A stretch of DNA of 64,000 nt, taken from assembly GCA_040357565.1 (NCBI GenBank), contig JBDODJ010000052.1. One strand, 5' to 3'. How positions within the stretch are numbered: the stretch's first letter is position 1; each line of letters opens with the position of its first letter. This document shows, piece after piece, positions 26,351 through 42,400 of the stretch. The notes under the pieces were generated by a model, which made no database searches, had not been told where the DNA came from, and saw nothing but the letters and a program-made list of their open reading frames with translations. Source of the DNA: Cercozoa sp. M6MM. Taxonomy: Eukaryota; Protista; Endomyxa: Ascetosporea. The translations under genes were made by a program, and so were the position numbers.

Positions 26351-28630
26351 ATGAGCGGGTTCGCGCCTGTCGAGGCAGCATGGAAATCTGTCGTTGCGGA
26401 GATACCGGTAGCTGCACATAATTTTAGTTCCCTTTTTGGTCACGGACAGCGAGCTTCTGTAGAAATACTGTCTCGACCTAAACGTTTGGTGGTTCGACAC
26501 GCACTTATTGTCAGATGGTAACCTATGTCTCGACACAGTCGGGATTCTGCGGAGTGTTTGGGGAGCAGATCCAGTCAGCATGTACGAGACCGATCGCGAG
26601 CTGAAACAAGTCACTCCGACTGCAGCCGTTCGCAAGTTTGTGAGAACCAGGGTTTTGGCTTCTTTCGTTGCTTTGGCTGAGCAAGAGGCAGAAAGTAAAC
26701 TATCTAATCGTATCTCTAATTTCTTTGGATATTGCACAACGACATTAGGTGGATTAAATGACCTCGCGACTCACTTATGCACGCTTCGAAACAAGAAAAC
26801 CCAAGTGCGCGAAACACTAGCTGTATTTTGTGCCCTCCCATCTAAGTTTGTCGCATTTGAAGGGTGAAACTCTAGGTGTGGATTCGCAAGTTGATCTGGT
26901 GGGGCCGTTTCGAAGATCGATTCGATGACCAGCTGGATCATGCAGTTGTATCTTTGTGTGCTTCATATGCTGATATGTCAAACCCAAAACAACTTTGTTT
27001 GTTTGAGTAGTCAGTTCTCTTGGCGACAGATGAAATGCTGCGGGAAACCGACGCATTTCCCGACAGCGTGCGGACTTCACTGTTGTTTCTGTATGTAAAT
27101 TCACTAGTAAAATATATCCCGTCCAGTCACCAATAAGTGAACAGTTGTTGTGTGCGCACAGACTGGTGCGAGAACTGGTGGTGCTGCCTGAGGTGGCTTC
27201 GGGAACGGTACGTGGCATTGCGCGTGCCTGGCGCAAGGTCGTCGACACGGGACGCTGCGACAGTGTCACCGCCGTCGCACGACTTGGTCTGGTACAACGC
27301 ATGGTAAGCTTGTACACAGACTCAAAACACGTCGTCTGCAGGAACTGGAAGACCCGTTTTCTTTGTTCACGTCGGTGATGCCGCTCTTGCCGCAATGCGG
27401 CAACATCTATCAGAGCAACTGCATCGGCCCGATGATGCATGTGCTGTTCGATCTAATCGGCGCTGTGCTGCGGCATCCTCTCTATGTAAATTTACTCACC
27501 ATCTCTGAGGGCTCTAACTATAACTTACTTCCACCCCTGCGCAGGGGGCGAAATGGCGCGTCCACCCGAAAGCCTACCAGTTTGCGTGTGACACCTTGTG
27601 TGCCAACTTAAGCTTGTTTCGACATTGGTTGCACGAGCGTACTTTCGCACAGGTCCGTTTCTCCTACTTTTCCCTCAGCTGAACGGAACGAAACCAAGCG
27701 TATATCGATGCTTGCAGGTTATTGCACCACTCAAGGACAGCAAGCAGTACTCGAGTGATTGTGACGTGAATGGACGTGTCATGAACCGCATCTGTTCTCG
27801 CCCCAATGGAGATATGATCATGTACGTCCAAACACAGCAGCCAGTGTTCTGGTGATTGTTGGAATGCTCGCCTGCAGGTACCTGTGGAACCACGTGCTAC
27901 TGCAGCACACGCCACTTGTGCTGTTCAATCGCTCGTTTTGTGGACGGCGAGTTGGTCTCGTGTGCGGAGGTAAATTAGTGCTTGTCGATTGTAACAATTT
28001 AAAACTTATATCAATATGCGGTTTGCGAAATGTTGACACGGTTTCTCTTGAATACAACAGAGACTGCCGGTGTTGTGCGTGATGAGACGCACTCTATTCA
28101 AACTGTTCTAAGACAACTTGTGGTTCCCTGATTTCTACGGCTTGTCTTTCTGGTACATTATGGTGCAGTAGATCGCCACACGGGAACTGCGTCTCTTAAA
28201 CGAGGCCACTTTAGCTCTACCACGACTTCCGAACGGAACGCCGGTGTTTCACTACCCTGCTGGAGAACCTGCACCTGAGGTAATTTATATACAGGTTAGT
28301 TGTACTCATCTTGTTACTGTCAGGCTTTGTAGAATCAGCGTGCTACCGAAACTGTCTTGCGAGATGCGTCCATCATACTCAAGACAGCAATTTCTAGGTG
28401 CACCGAAGTAGGCACACATGCCAACATTGTCGCAAACTTCTTTGATGCGTAGCTTCTCCTCTGCATCTAAGTGTAGTATCATTTGGTTTGGTTTGCCAAT
28501 GCAGCTTCTTCGTGTCACTTTTCACGATGCGTGATCCGCAGGACGTGATGTCACACCCTGATATGTGGCAAGATGGAGTGCACTTGGAGTGGGATGTGCA
28601 ACGGTGCCAACACGCGAGGTCTTCTGCTTC

Positions 28631-28710
<80 letters not shown>

Positions 28711-28983
28711 CTTGCCTGCCTGCAGCTACGCCGACGACAACGTGCAGTCGGTGATGTCGGAGCTGTTACTACCCGTGACGGTGCCAAAGTCGTCCCAGGT
28801 GTACGCGATAGGGGCAAAGTCGCGCGACACACTGCACAAGCGGTTCGCACAGCGCATTCTGCAGTACCTGATATCTGCGGGTGGGTTTACCACAAAATGA
28901 AAGATGAACAACCACATTCACGTGTCTTGTACCGTCTACGTGTGCAGATGCTCCGAATGGCGTCGTCGATATCGCACCCATGA
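26351..28983 (+). CDS. Hypothetical multi-exon protein
   Basis: ATG 26351 MSGFAPVEAAWKSVVAEIP followed by a GT donor, then successive GT/AG-bounded exons to TGA ending 28983. No family recognised. Confidence 0.55.
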
Positions 28984-29295
28984 TCGCACTGTTTTGCGGC
29001 CTAGACGCACACGACCTTCTGAAACACGCGGCTCGCACGCTGACTATTTAGTGCCCCACGTGCACGGGCCGTGGATCAGAATCTCAGCTAGAATACAAAC
29101 GCGAATCAAAAGCTGTTTTTGTGCTGCTTAAGCTGGTGCTAAATCATTCTATTTGCCTTTGTAAACCGGAAAATGCAAGGATTTTGGGATGGGGCATCAA
29201 ACATGAGCAGCCCATGGCTAAGAAAATGCAAAAGGAACGGAAGGTAAGTTTTCGTTCCAGCGCTGCAATATTGCAGCGCTACTGTGATCAGTGGC

Positions 29296-32391
<3,096 letters not shown>

Positions 32392-32576
32392 GCTTTCGTG
32401 TCGGAGATAACTGAGCTCGATGATAACTCGTCGGTCAGTTGTTGCAGCTGCGATTTCCGGCTCTGCCAGTCCCGCGAGGAGCGCATGAGCATGGAATCAG
32501 AAATGAAGGTACCTGCAACGATTTAATCAGTCACGCACCAGTGCACAGTTGTGTGCATACCAAATTTAAGTGAAAA

Positions 32577-32922
32577 ATGCAAGCATTAAGTCGTTTTTCG
32601 CTGGCCGCGCGGTCATTGTGTTCTGCGCGGACCAGAATGCTGTCGTCGACATCAGACGTGTCGGCGTTTTTCCAGGAGGAGCGCGAGCAGCAAGTTCTGC
32701 AAGACGACAGGTGCACAAACACACGCATCAGTTGCTCTTTTAATTGCATTTGTTGAATTGTTTCGACAGGGAAGTGAACTTTGGTGGTCACAAGGCGTCC
32801 ATGGCCGACGTTGCCAAGTTCTTCCGAGGCGAGGTACTTTTTGATGGAAGCATGGATTGTGTGTGTTTTTGTTGTTGTTGCTGTTGCTGTTGCTGTTGTT
32901 GTTGTTGCTGTTGCTGTTGTTC

Positions 32923-32983
<61 letters not shown>

Positions 32984-34677
32984 AAAGTGTACATGCAGAG
33001 TGAGGAGTGTGCGGAAGTAGGAGGCGAGGTCGAAGAGGATGAGAGTGCTGTCGCGCCCGCTGATATCGGTACATCTTATCACTCCGTTTCTGCCGGAGAA
33101 TAGGTTTGGTTGTGCTGTAGAGGAGTTGTGGCACAAAAACGTGATGCACCTCAAACTGCACCGAGTCGCCAGTGTCTCCTCACACGAGGGTTTCTTTTGT
33201 GCATACTAGTGTAACGATGTCCATGCTGTCTGGGGGGCTATAGGAATGCAGAGGGCCGTGGATTCGATTGAACTGCACGGCAACGACGAGGCTGTCAAGC
33301 GCAGTATCGAACTGGTACAGCATCCGCGCGGACACGTGATACGTCTGACTGAACATTGCTTAGTGCAGGTAGACCGAGGAGAGTTCGTGCCGTCCTGGCT
33401 GCCGAATGCGTACGAGCTGAGCGACACCACTCCGAGTATCTTGAGTTCTTACCCCCCTCGTGTCTTTGACTGTTCGTTTGTCACTCAGTTGGCCACGGTG
33501 CCGCGCTGGTGCCGCCCTTTGTCCCGATCCTGTGCATGCGTTTGCTGGCTCACACGCTGCGTCGGCACGCCGAGCAACAGCAGTCGCGTCCTGTGCGTAT
33601 CCTCAATCTCGGCACTGCCACAGGGTAGATGTCCTGCCTGTCTGGATTCTGTGTGTGCGTGTGTACATGCATCGCATTCTCAGCTATGTGCCTGCTCTCC
33701 TGGCGATGTTGGCTCGCGAGTGCGGTTGTTCTGACGTTCACGTGCAGGTATGTCAGAGCAACCAAAAAGACAGCAGGGGGTAAATAAAGGTCGTTGTGAC
33801 ATAGGGCGTTGAGCACGTCGCCGAACTCGCCGAGGTTTCGCGTAGCAACCTGTCGCGTGTCCTCGCGGATACCGGTGTCTGCTGGGACGTTGCCACCGAC
33901 TGCATGTTCGACCCGCAACTTGAGGTGCTTGCGCTGCATCAGTACGCATACACACACTTATATGTATATATATATGTGTGTGTGTGTGTGAATAGTGGCA
34001 CACTGAACTTTACGACGTTGTTCTGATCAACGGCGGCGTCGCTGGGGTGGAGCCTCTGTGGATGCGTGCCTTGCGACCAGGCGGACGTCTCGTGGTGCCA
34101 CTCGGTCTGCGTGATCAGACCCTTATGCTGACTTGCAAGGGGTACTTCTGTTGTCACAAAGGTGTGCGTATATTGCATTTGTGTGTGTTCTTACAGTGAG
34201 GACGAGGAAGTCAAGAGATGGAAGTGTGTGTCCATGCTGCGTTTGCCCAGTCTGACACCGCCCGACTCAGTCGGCAATGATACTCTTGGTACTTGCTCGA
34301 CTTTTGGCTTCTTGCGTGGTTGCTGCTATCGATACAACACACTGTCCATCTCAATCAGCTCGTCTGTCGCAACAGGTGCAAGATTTGCACCAGCGTGTCC
34401 GTGAGGCCAAGCAACGCCTCAGTATCGATGTACCATTTGTGCCCTCTCACTGCACACATTGGAACCTCGGGTTTCTCTCTTGTCGCAGGGTGCTCCGGTG
34501 TCTGCGAGAGAACTCATGGCCGACAAGGATGCCGCCAAGGTGAATATTTCTGTTCGGTTAACCATGGCAAAAAACTCACAACTGTGATTTCAGGCGCTGC
34601 GCAAGCTGCCCGTACTGCAACGCAAGCTTGACGAGGAGCGCCGCCGTCGCGCCAAGCTTGGGCCTGTGCGGGCATAA
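32577..34677 (+). CDS. Protein-L-isoaspartate O-methyltransferase (PIMT/PCMT)-like protein with predicted mitochondrial presequence
   Basis: Spliced: VDRGEFVPSWLPNAY...PIGHGAALVPP...RILNLGTATGYVPALLAML...VQGVEHVAELAEVSRSNL...YDVVLINGG...ALRPGGRLVVPLG, the PIMT motif order. N-terminus MQALSRFSLAARSLCSARTRMLSS is Arg/Ser-rich with no acidic residues. Confidence 0.8.
32869..32983. repeat. (GTT/GCT)n intronic trinucleotide repeat
   Basis: Directly visible between a GT donor (~32834) and an AG acceptor (~32998). Confidence 0.95.
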
Positions 34678-34735
34678 GAACACAGGCACTCCGACTCGAC
34701 CGGACTGCCCACCTTACGATTAGTTCACATGTACA

Positions 34736-34887
34736 TGTTACTGCGGTACAATGGCCGAATCAGTAATACAAAGGAGGGACTAAATAAAGCATTTAAATTA
34801 AAGACGGAATACCCTACTGGGTCTCATGGTGATCCCACTGGATCTCAAGGTGATCTCACTGGAGCTCGACCGAAAGAAGCCGTCCTT
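34736..34887 (+). repeat. Dispersed non-coding element, copy 1 (contains ~2.5 units of a 21-bp internal repeat)
   Basis: Shares blocks TGTTACTGCGG, CAATGGCC..ATCAG, AAAGGAG.GACTAAATAAA, ACTGGGTCTC....TGATCCCACTGGATCTC and GAAG.CGTCCTT with the reverse complement of 52659-52812. Confidence 0.85.
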
Positions 34888-35008
34888 TATCGTATTGCGT
34901 TAAAGAAGCCGTGCCTAATCGGGGCGGGTCAAGGCAATGAATGACCGGACGCGACTACTGTAAGTGCGCAGTAACATACAAGTTCACAAAGTTAACGTGT
35001 TAGCTACG

Positions 35009-38000
35009 CTAGCTAGTTGCGGGGCCGGGGTCTCCCTCAGGCGCACGCGCACGTTCATGGTCACAATCACTCGTGTTCGCAGATGCCTCCGCACTGCAGC
35101 TTGGGTACTCGTCTTTTTTCGCGCACATAAGGTGCGCAAATACACTCTCCTGCAACCCAAAGTAGGCGTATATGGATGCAAGGGGAGGGGTATGAGAGTA
35201 ATGTAAAGGCACCAGCAAGGCGGCGTAGTACTCGCTCTCACTGGTACCGCGTGAGCGCGAGCGTGTGCGCAGATTCGTAAGTGCCCAGACCACCTGGGGG
35301 AGGGGTAAGGGGTAGGGTAGGAGTAGGAGTAAAGATGCAGTACCCGAGGCAGCCGGTACAGCTTGGCTTGGACCGTGCAGAACAAGAAAATTGGAAAGAA
35401 AATGTCGGCACCGATCGCTTCATCTACCGGGGGGGGGGGGGGGGTTAATCGGCCACACCTCGCAGCCCAAAGGGGGGGGCGGGTGAACATACTATGACAG
35501 GCAGTATCGTCGGGACGACGACAGCGGCGGTACTGCTGCGCCAGTTCATGCATCAGTTCGACCGCGTCCTTCAGGCAGCACAGGACTACAACGGGGGTTG
35601 TGTGTGTGTATGTATGTATATGTGTGTGTGTGTTAAGTGGCCAAGCGTACTGGCAGACGGTTCGTAAAGGTCGCACAGACGTGCCAAAAGTTCGATCGCT
35701 CTGGCGTAAGGTTTCTCGCTACAGGGGGGGGGGGGGGGGGCGGTAAAGGGTAAGGGGTATAAGGTAAAGGGTAAGGGGTATAAGGTAAAGGGAAAAGGGT
35801 ATGAGGTAAAGGGTAAGGGGGTATAAGGTAAAGGGTAAGGGGTATAAGGTAAAGGAAGAGGTAGAGCTAAAGGGCTATGGGGCCGAAGACATCCCTACCC
35901 CGGCAGAGAGTGTATCCGCTGTTCTCGCTGTTGCGACAACTGCAGCGACAACTGCGAACCTTTCGACGTTTCTGGAGGCGGGGTGGAGAGGGGTAGGTAA
36001 AGGGAGTAAGAGGGGTAAAAGGGGGTAAGAAACTACGCGAGCTGAATGTCCGTGTCGACTGCGAGGACGATGTCGCAGTGCTCACTTCGATCCTACCGGG
36101 GGGGGGGGGGTAAAGAGGGCGGGGGGGGGGGGGGGAAGAAGTTACGGCTCCAACAGAGGCGAAGCGACGCCGCCAGTTTGCGTGTGTCGTCGCAACACAT
36201 CTATGACGGAGGTGGGGGTATGAGGGGGTGGCTGGGGAGGAAGAGAAACTCTACCAGGCGAGCGCGAAAACGACAACGAAAAATCGACGTCGTCGATGTC
36301 ACTGTCGACGTGGTGGCTGGCCACTACAGGAGGGGGGCAAAGTGGATGGAGATAAGAGGGTGCGGGGGGGGGGGGGNNNNNNNNNNNNNNNNNNNNNNNN
36401 NNNNNNNNNNNNNNNNNNNNNNNNNNNNNNNNNNNNNNNNNNNNNNNNNNNNNNNNNNNNNNNNNNNNNNNNNNNNCCCCCCAGATACCAACGAGCGGAC
36501 TGAGGTGCGCGCTGAGTCGAATGTTGCGACTCACCGACAGGCCGGGATCAACGACGGTGTCACTGATCACTGAGTGATCGCGATGATGATCGCGGTGATA
36601 ATCCACGATGTCACTCTGGGTATCAGCGACGGTGTCGTGACCCAGGACGGCGATGTGCTCGCTCACCGTGTCGTTCAGCGTGTCGTTCAGCGTTTCGTTC
36701 AGATTGACTGTGAGGGGCAAAGAGGTAAAGAGGTAAAGGGTGGTGGGTGATGGGGGGGGGGGGGTATAACTTCGCACACCAGTGGCGTCGTGCTCGTAAA
36801 AGGACTCGTTAACACGTGCCGCCAGTGACATGCGAGTCATAGCACTGTCGTCACCATCACCGTCACCGTCACCGTCACCGACATCAAGGACGGTGTCGAA
36901 ACTGTCGTTGCTGTTGATGCCGCCACCGTCACTGCCGCCAGTGGCACTGTTGATCGATCGGTCGATCGAGAGGTCCGCAAAGCCCTCCGACGACAGGTCG
37001 CACTGCAAGAGACATCGGGTAAATACGGGTAAGGGAGGGCAAGGGATACGCGCCAACACACCGACCGAAACTCATCATCGATCCCGATTTCTTTCTCGGA
37101 CAACAGCGACATCCCTGCAGATTAGAGGTGGGGGGGGGGGGATGCAAGGGGAGGGGGTAAGTACACTCCAACTGTCGCCGCAGCACAGCTTCGTTGTTCT
37201 CAAAGCGCAAAAAACGTCCTTCGGCGGCGCGTCCGTGCGCCACGACGCCGGCACTACGGGGGGAGGGTAAAGGGGTAGGGAGGGGAGGGGGTAAAGGACC
37301 AGTGGCCTACCTGGCTAACTGTCGCAGCAACAAGCGGCGCACCAGAAGTGCCAGCAATCCCTTGAGTGACCTCCTGTGGCAAGGGTAGAGAAGGGGTACA
37401 GGGAGGAGTAAAGAGAGGGGTTAAAAAAGGGGTAAAGGGAGGGAAGGGAAGGGTAAAGGGAGGAAAAGGAAAGGGTAAAGGGAAGGGCAAAGGGGGGTAA
37501 AAGGACAGGTAAAAGGACGGGTAAAGGGAGGGGTAAAGAGAGGGCTAAGGGGGTAAAGCAGCACAAACCTCGGCGCCAACGCGCTCGCGAATTCATCGGC
37601 AAAACTCAAAAACTCACGGATCTCCGATGGCTACAATATGTCCATATTGGACAAGCACCGGTACAGATGTACATACAGACTTTATGTACAGTGCAATTGT
37701 ACCAAAATTAACTCATTGTCTTTGGCTCGAAAACTGCGCAGTTGCGACCGCAGCAGTTTGCCGTGTTTTCTGGGGGTAAGGGGGAAAGGGGATAAGAGGA
37801 TAAGGAGATAAGGGGATAAGGAGAGAAGGGGACAAGGGAATAAGGGGATAAGGATAAGGAGTGATGAATACCTCCTGGTGTCAAACAAAACGGCGAACAG
37901 CTCCTCTTCGGCCCGCGTGCACACCTGCAGTCAACATAATGATGCATAGACATTACCCCCCCCCCCTTACCCCTACCTGGTACACGGGCCGACTTTCGTA

Positions 38001-39333
38001 GAAAGCACTGGCGAGTGTCAGCAGACGTTCCACGCGCTGCCTGGTCGACAGTGACTCTAACTCTGGGATAGGAGAAGGGGGTAGAGGGGTGGGAGGTGGG
38101 AGTCAAGATGGGTACCTTTCACATTGACCTGTGCTTGCGTCAGCTGTTTTCGACACGTGTCCCACACTTGCTCCTGCATCAAGGTCGGGGTAAAGGGTAA
38201 GGGGTAAAGGGTAAGGGGTAAAGGGTAAGGGGTNNNNNNNNNNGGGGTAAAGGGTAAGGGGTAAAGGGTAAGGGGTAAAGGGTAAGGGGTAAAGAAGGTA
38301 AAGGAAACTGCACCTCAGCAGTTGTGTCGCGCGACCGAGCGCGCACACAACTCGACAACGAGAAACGCGACAGGCGCCGGAACTCGCCTTCCGTATCGAC
38401 ACCTGTGCCAGTAGGGAAAGTAGAGGGGACGAGGGGCAAAGAGAGGGTAAAGAGGGGAGTAAAGACACGCACCCAAGCTGACCGAGGGCCCGGAGAAACC
38501 GCTGCCGTGCAACTGAGCGTACGCCAGCGAGGCTTGCACATCCTGCCAGAAGGATTAAATGGGGATGGGGTGGGGTAGAGGAAGTTAAAGCTACCAACAG
38601 TGTCGAGATACGCAACTCCATGTTCTCCAGTTCGTTCCGCAGTCTCCGCGTCGACATCTCTGAGTCAAGAAGTCAATATCCCCCACCTCGAAATAGAAGA
38701 CACAGGGCAGTACCACGAGCAGCACACAGAGTCCGCAGCGCCAAAAGCGAGCGACGCCATGCAAAAGCAAGCTCGCATTGCGCACGTTGAAAGGCAAGTT
38801 TTTCCTGTTTGAAACAAGCGACTTCTCTCTCCACAACTCGACTGAACTCAAGGTACGCGTTTCGCAGCTTTCTTGGTGTACTTGAGCGCCGACTTTTCCA
38901 GTGCGGCGAATTTCTTTCGCCAGGTTTTTATTGTGCGTTTTATTGCGCGCAACTGTTCATCCCAAAAAGTGACCTATGTCATATCCTGGTGAACCCCGTC
39001 GTACCTGCTGCTTGAGCAGAGAAATCTCTGCCTCGCGCAATGGCCTCGGTCTCTTCCTGTGCCCTAGTCAGACAGTTGATATTCAATACGCGCATACAGG
39101 CACAAGAAAAGCTACTAGGACGAGGTGAAGTCGGTTTCTCCGCCTGGAACAACAATTAAATGATAAGACGTTCGGGTCTGCCAACGACTCCGGGGCAAAT
39201 AATGTACCTCATTAAAATAGTCTTCTGAGACTGTGAAACGCTGCAGCAGCCTACCCGAGTGCATACCGAGTAAACAAAGTCTCGGGGGAACGTTCAACAC
39301 TGCGATTGCTTCTATCCGCGAGCCACATTTCAT
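35009..39333 (-). CDS. VPS9-domain protein (Rab5-family GEF); start approximate; spans two assembly gaps
   Basis: Spliced C-terminus: PYARAIELLARLCDLYEPSAILCCLKDAV...AIGADIFFPIFLFCTVQAKL...SESEYYAALLESVFAHL, carrying the VPS9 GAD..P and E..YY motifs. Preceded by the helical-bundle-like LRRQLEWMSLLSEKEIGIDD. Confidence 0.75.
35723..35865. repeat. G-rich telomere-like intronic repeat (poly-G plus GGTAAAGGGTAAGGGGTATAA-type units)
   Basis: Directly visible tandem units inside an intron of the VPS9 gene. Confidence 0.9.
36377..36476. other. 100-N scaffold gap flanked by poly-G and poly-C
   Basis: N run in the sequence. Confidence 1.
38186..38300. repeat. (GGGGTAAAGGGTAA)n intronic tandem repeat with an internal assembly gap
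   Basis: Directly visible; N run at 38234-38243. Confidence 0.9.
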
Positions 39334-39444
39334 TTGTTAAGGCCGCGCCGTTTGGAGGGATGCTTGCTGTTTCTCATTGTTTAGATACGCCACCAGAAGT
39401 TTAAGCATTGTGAACACGTATCCACGTTGTTCCACTGTTTGGAA

Positions 39445-42400
39445 ATGTGGCAAGTCGAAAGGTACACTTGTTTTTTCTCTTGGACCGTGCGAGACATTGT
39501 AAAGGTGTCATTGTTGCAGATTCGACGGTAAAGTAGGACGTCGGCAGCGGTGCGTTTAATTCACAGTGTATGCTGGCCGTTCTGTTGATTCATTTTGCAG
39601 CTCCAATCTCGGCGGTCGACGTGCTCGCGGCACCGATGTACCTTTGGCTTGTGAGGTTGTTTCCGCGGCTTTAGAGATGCTTTAAAACCTCGGGCAGGCG
39701 CAAAAGTCGCGAAAGGAGCTTCTGCAGAGTGCACACATGCAGCGCGTGAATCTGCAACAACAGCGCTTTCGTTCCGAAGTACGCACACTGTGTGAGTTGA
39801 GAAAAACTGAGTTGTCTCACGTGACTTGTGTTGGCAGGCTGCTCTGAAGATTCAACGGAGTTTTCGCGCACACCGCGCGCGAAGATTACTCCGCGAACGA
39901 CTGCGCCGCGAATTTGATCAGTCGAGTTCGTTTCTCTTCTGTTTTGCAAGACGAGTTTATGCCAGACAAGTTTATGCCAGACGAGTTGTGCAAGACGAGT
40001 CTGTGTGTGCAGAGGACCCGCTACAGAGAGCGAGACTGGCGCCGTTTTTCGCTGTTGGCGGCGATGAGTACCTTTTGCTTAAATACAGTGTGCAAACTAG
40101 TCTCTCTTTGAGTGTGCGTGTTGGTTACAGAGCACGTGTCGACGCTGTGCTGGCACATTGGGAACACGAACCGCGTGCTGACACTGTTCGGCAAGTGCAG
40201 CGCCTGCTATGCGTGTAGCTTGCGCTTGTTTCTCTTGTCTATTTGTACTCTGTGAGTTAACTCAATACTGTTGGACCCAGTCGAGTAAAGTCAATCAAGA
40301 ACGGGACTGAGGTGTGTTTCACTGTCTGTTTATTTTTTGGACATGTTAATATTCGTTGCTTTCACAGTTGCTCAAGAAACTTAACATTGCTTTGAAGACT
40401 TGTTCATTTGGTACACTCTATGTGTGTGATATGGGTAATCTTGCGACAGGGAAGTGTGCCTCAGGCGAATGGAATGCGGAGGACTTGTTTTTTAATGCTC
40501 GCCGAGTTGTGGTATCAATCAACAGGGTGTCCTCGCCATTCTAAACACTGGAGTGCAGGGCACACTGACTGCTCAAGCGCAACTGATCGGCGTGTGCGCT
40601 CTGTTGTTCCAGCTGGCGAAGCGAACGTCGCTGGGCAGGTAGTTTTCATGCATCCTAGGGTGTGTGTGTACTGTGCTGTTTCGGCAGGGAGCATTTGCTG
40701 GCTTTCATACTATTGACTCCGAATGTTATGGTACATTGTGTGTCGCTAAAACGATGCAATATAGTCAAAATGTACTTTGGGTGTAGGAGCGTTTGAAAGA
40801 GTCGCCTTTATTTGCAAGTAGCAAGTCGTTGGTGTTGCATGCGCCGAGACTACCCTCATTGGGTGCTTCGGCCTCGGTTGTTCAATCGAATCTTCGTCCT
40901 GTTCTGGCAGATGCCACTCTGCAGACTGGCTGTAATTGCCCTTCCTTTTCTTTGAAAGCTCCACTGTTATGTCGAAGTTTGAGTAGCGCAATTCTTGGCG
41001 ACTCATGCGCATGTCTTGTGGTACGATTCTTCTCTCTCTTTTATGCTTACCCACCGACTGATCGAACAATGTGCCAAATAGGAGGATCTGGCACCAACAC
41101 GCAAAGCAGTCGAAAAACACGCACCTTGCTGTCACGGCTTTCGATAAAAGTGTACCTACTCATCCGATATATTACCCCAAGGTGTACATAATACTTTGTA
41201 TTACGTAGCCAACGTGGTCGACACTGGCCTTGTTGGCGTGCACCCTGCAGTGTGAGAGTCTGCATTATGCGCACTGCCTTGACAGTGGCGTTACAAATGG
41301 ACACGTGGCACGTGCGTTGCCTCTCGCATTAGGCACCTCGGTTGTTTCAAGCGTCTTGCGTGGTACCTGACTCCCAGGCTGGTGTTGCTATCCTCTGCTG
41401 TCAGTCAGAGTGACGCATGATGTGAGTAGTGGCACTGAATTACGTGGTCACTACCGAAAATGCATATCGCACGCGACACGTGCCTGTGCCTCTGTTCCGG
41501 AGTGTCCATCGGGCACCCCAGCAGGTGCAGAAACGTCTGGAACCGCCCTCTGTGCGACCGGTAGACTGCATACTCTCTTTCTCGTGTATTAAAGTACCAT
41601 GATAATTTGCGCAGGAGGAGATTAGAATTGTACTCGGGTTGTGCGCCTTCCTGCAACTGTAGTTGTATCTTTACCGCTCTCACTAGCCCTTTACTTCTTT
41701 TGTCTCCCCCAGGTACGTTCATGAAGCACAAAGCTCGAGTCAGCTGCCTCTACCTGGTAGAGAGTCTTTTCTCTCATGCCGTTAGTTTAGTTTGGGGGCA
41801 AGGTGGAGTAATGCGTTGTAGCCGACGATATTCTGCACGTCGTGCGGCGCCTTCGCGACGTGGCACGTGCGGTTTTCGTGCCGCGTCTGGTGGACCCATC
41901 AAATGGTCACCGAGTCAACTCAGCGAGCAGTGATCAGTCTAGCGGTCACATGAGTTATCAGACGAGTGAGCAATCCGGCGATCAAACTGGAGATCACCCG
42001 GTGAGCCACTGCGTGCGTCTGTTGCGACTCTGCCTGGCACGTGCTCTCACCGTCACCGTGAACGCACCGATCGCGAGTGAGCGTACGCGTGCACGTGTGC
42101 GACAGGTACGCTTGTTTACAGTCGAAAAGGGACCACTGAAAAGGGACCAGTTGAAAGGGAACAGTTGAAAGGGAACAGTAAGAAGGGATTAGTGAAAAGA
42201 GACCACCTGCTGACACGTGTACACTGGCAGATGATCGAGTCGACCTTTGACGACACGCTATACGACGCGCTGCAGCAGCGTGACGCCGAGGCAATGGCCG
42301 ATGCCGATCACGCCGACGACCAAGATCATGACGGCGGCGCCGACGACGGCAAAGTCGGCATCAGGGACACAGTGCCACCGGTGTGCATTCCGCGCGAGAC

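Noticed and set aside
35723-38300. True telomere or chromosome end
   Set aside because: The repeats are confined to introns of an apparently intact gene, with ordinary genes on both sides.
38591-38851. ORF text NASLLLHGVARFW resembling the Rad21/Rec8 N-terminus
   Set aside because: Splice-phase-consistent exons use another frame (EKLAFQRAQCELAFAWRR), and no other kleisin motifs are present.
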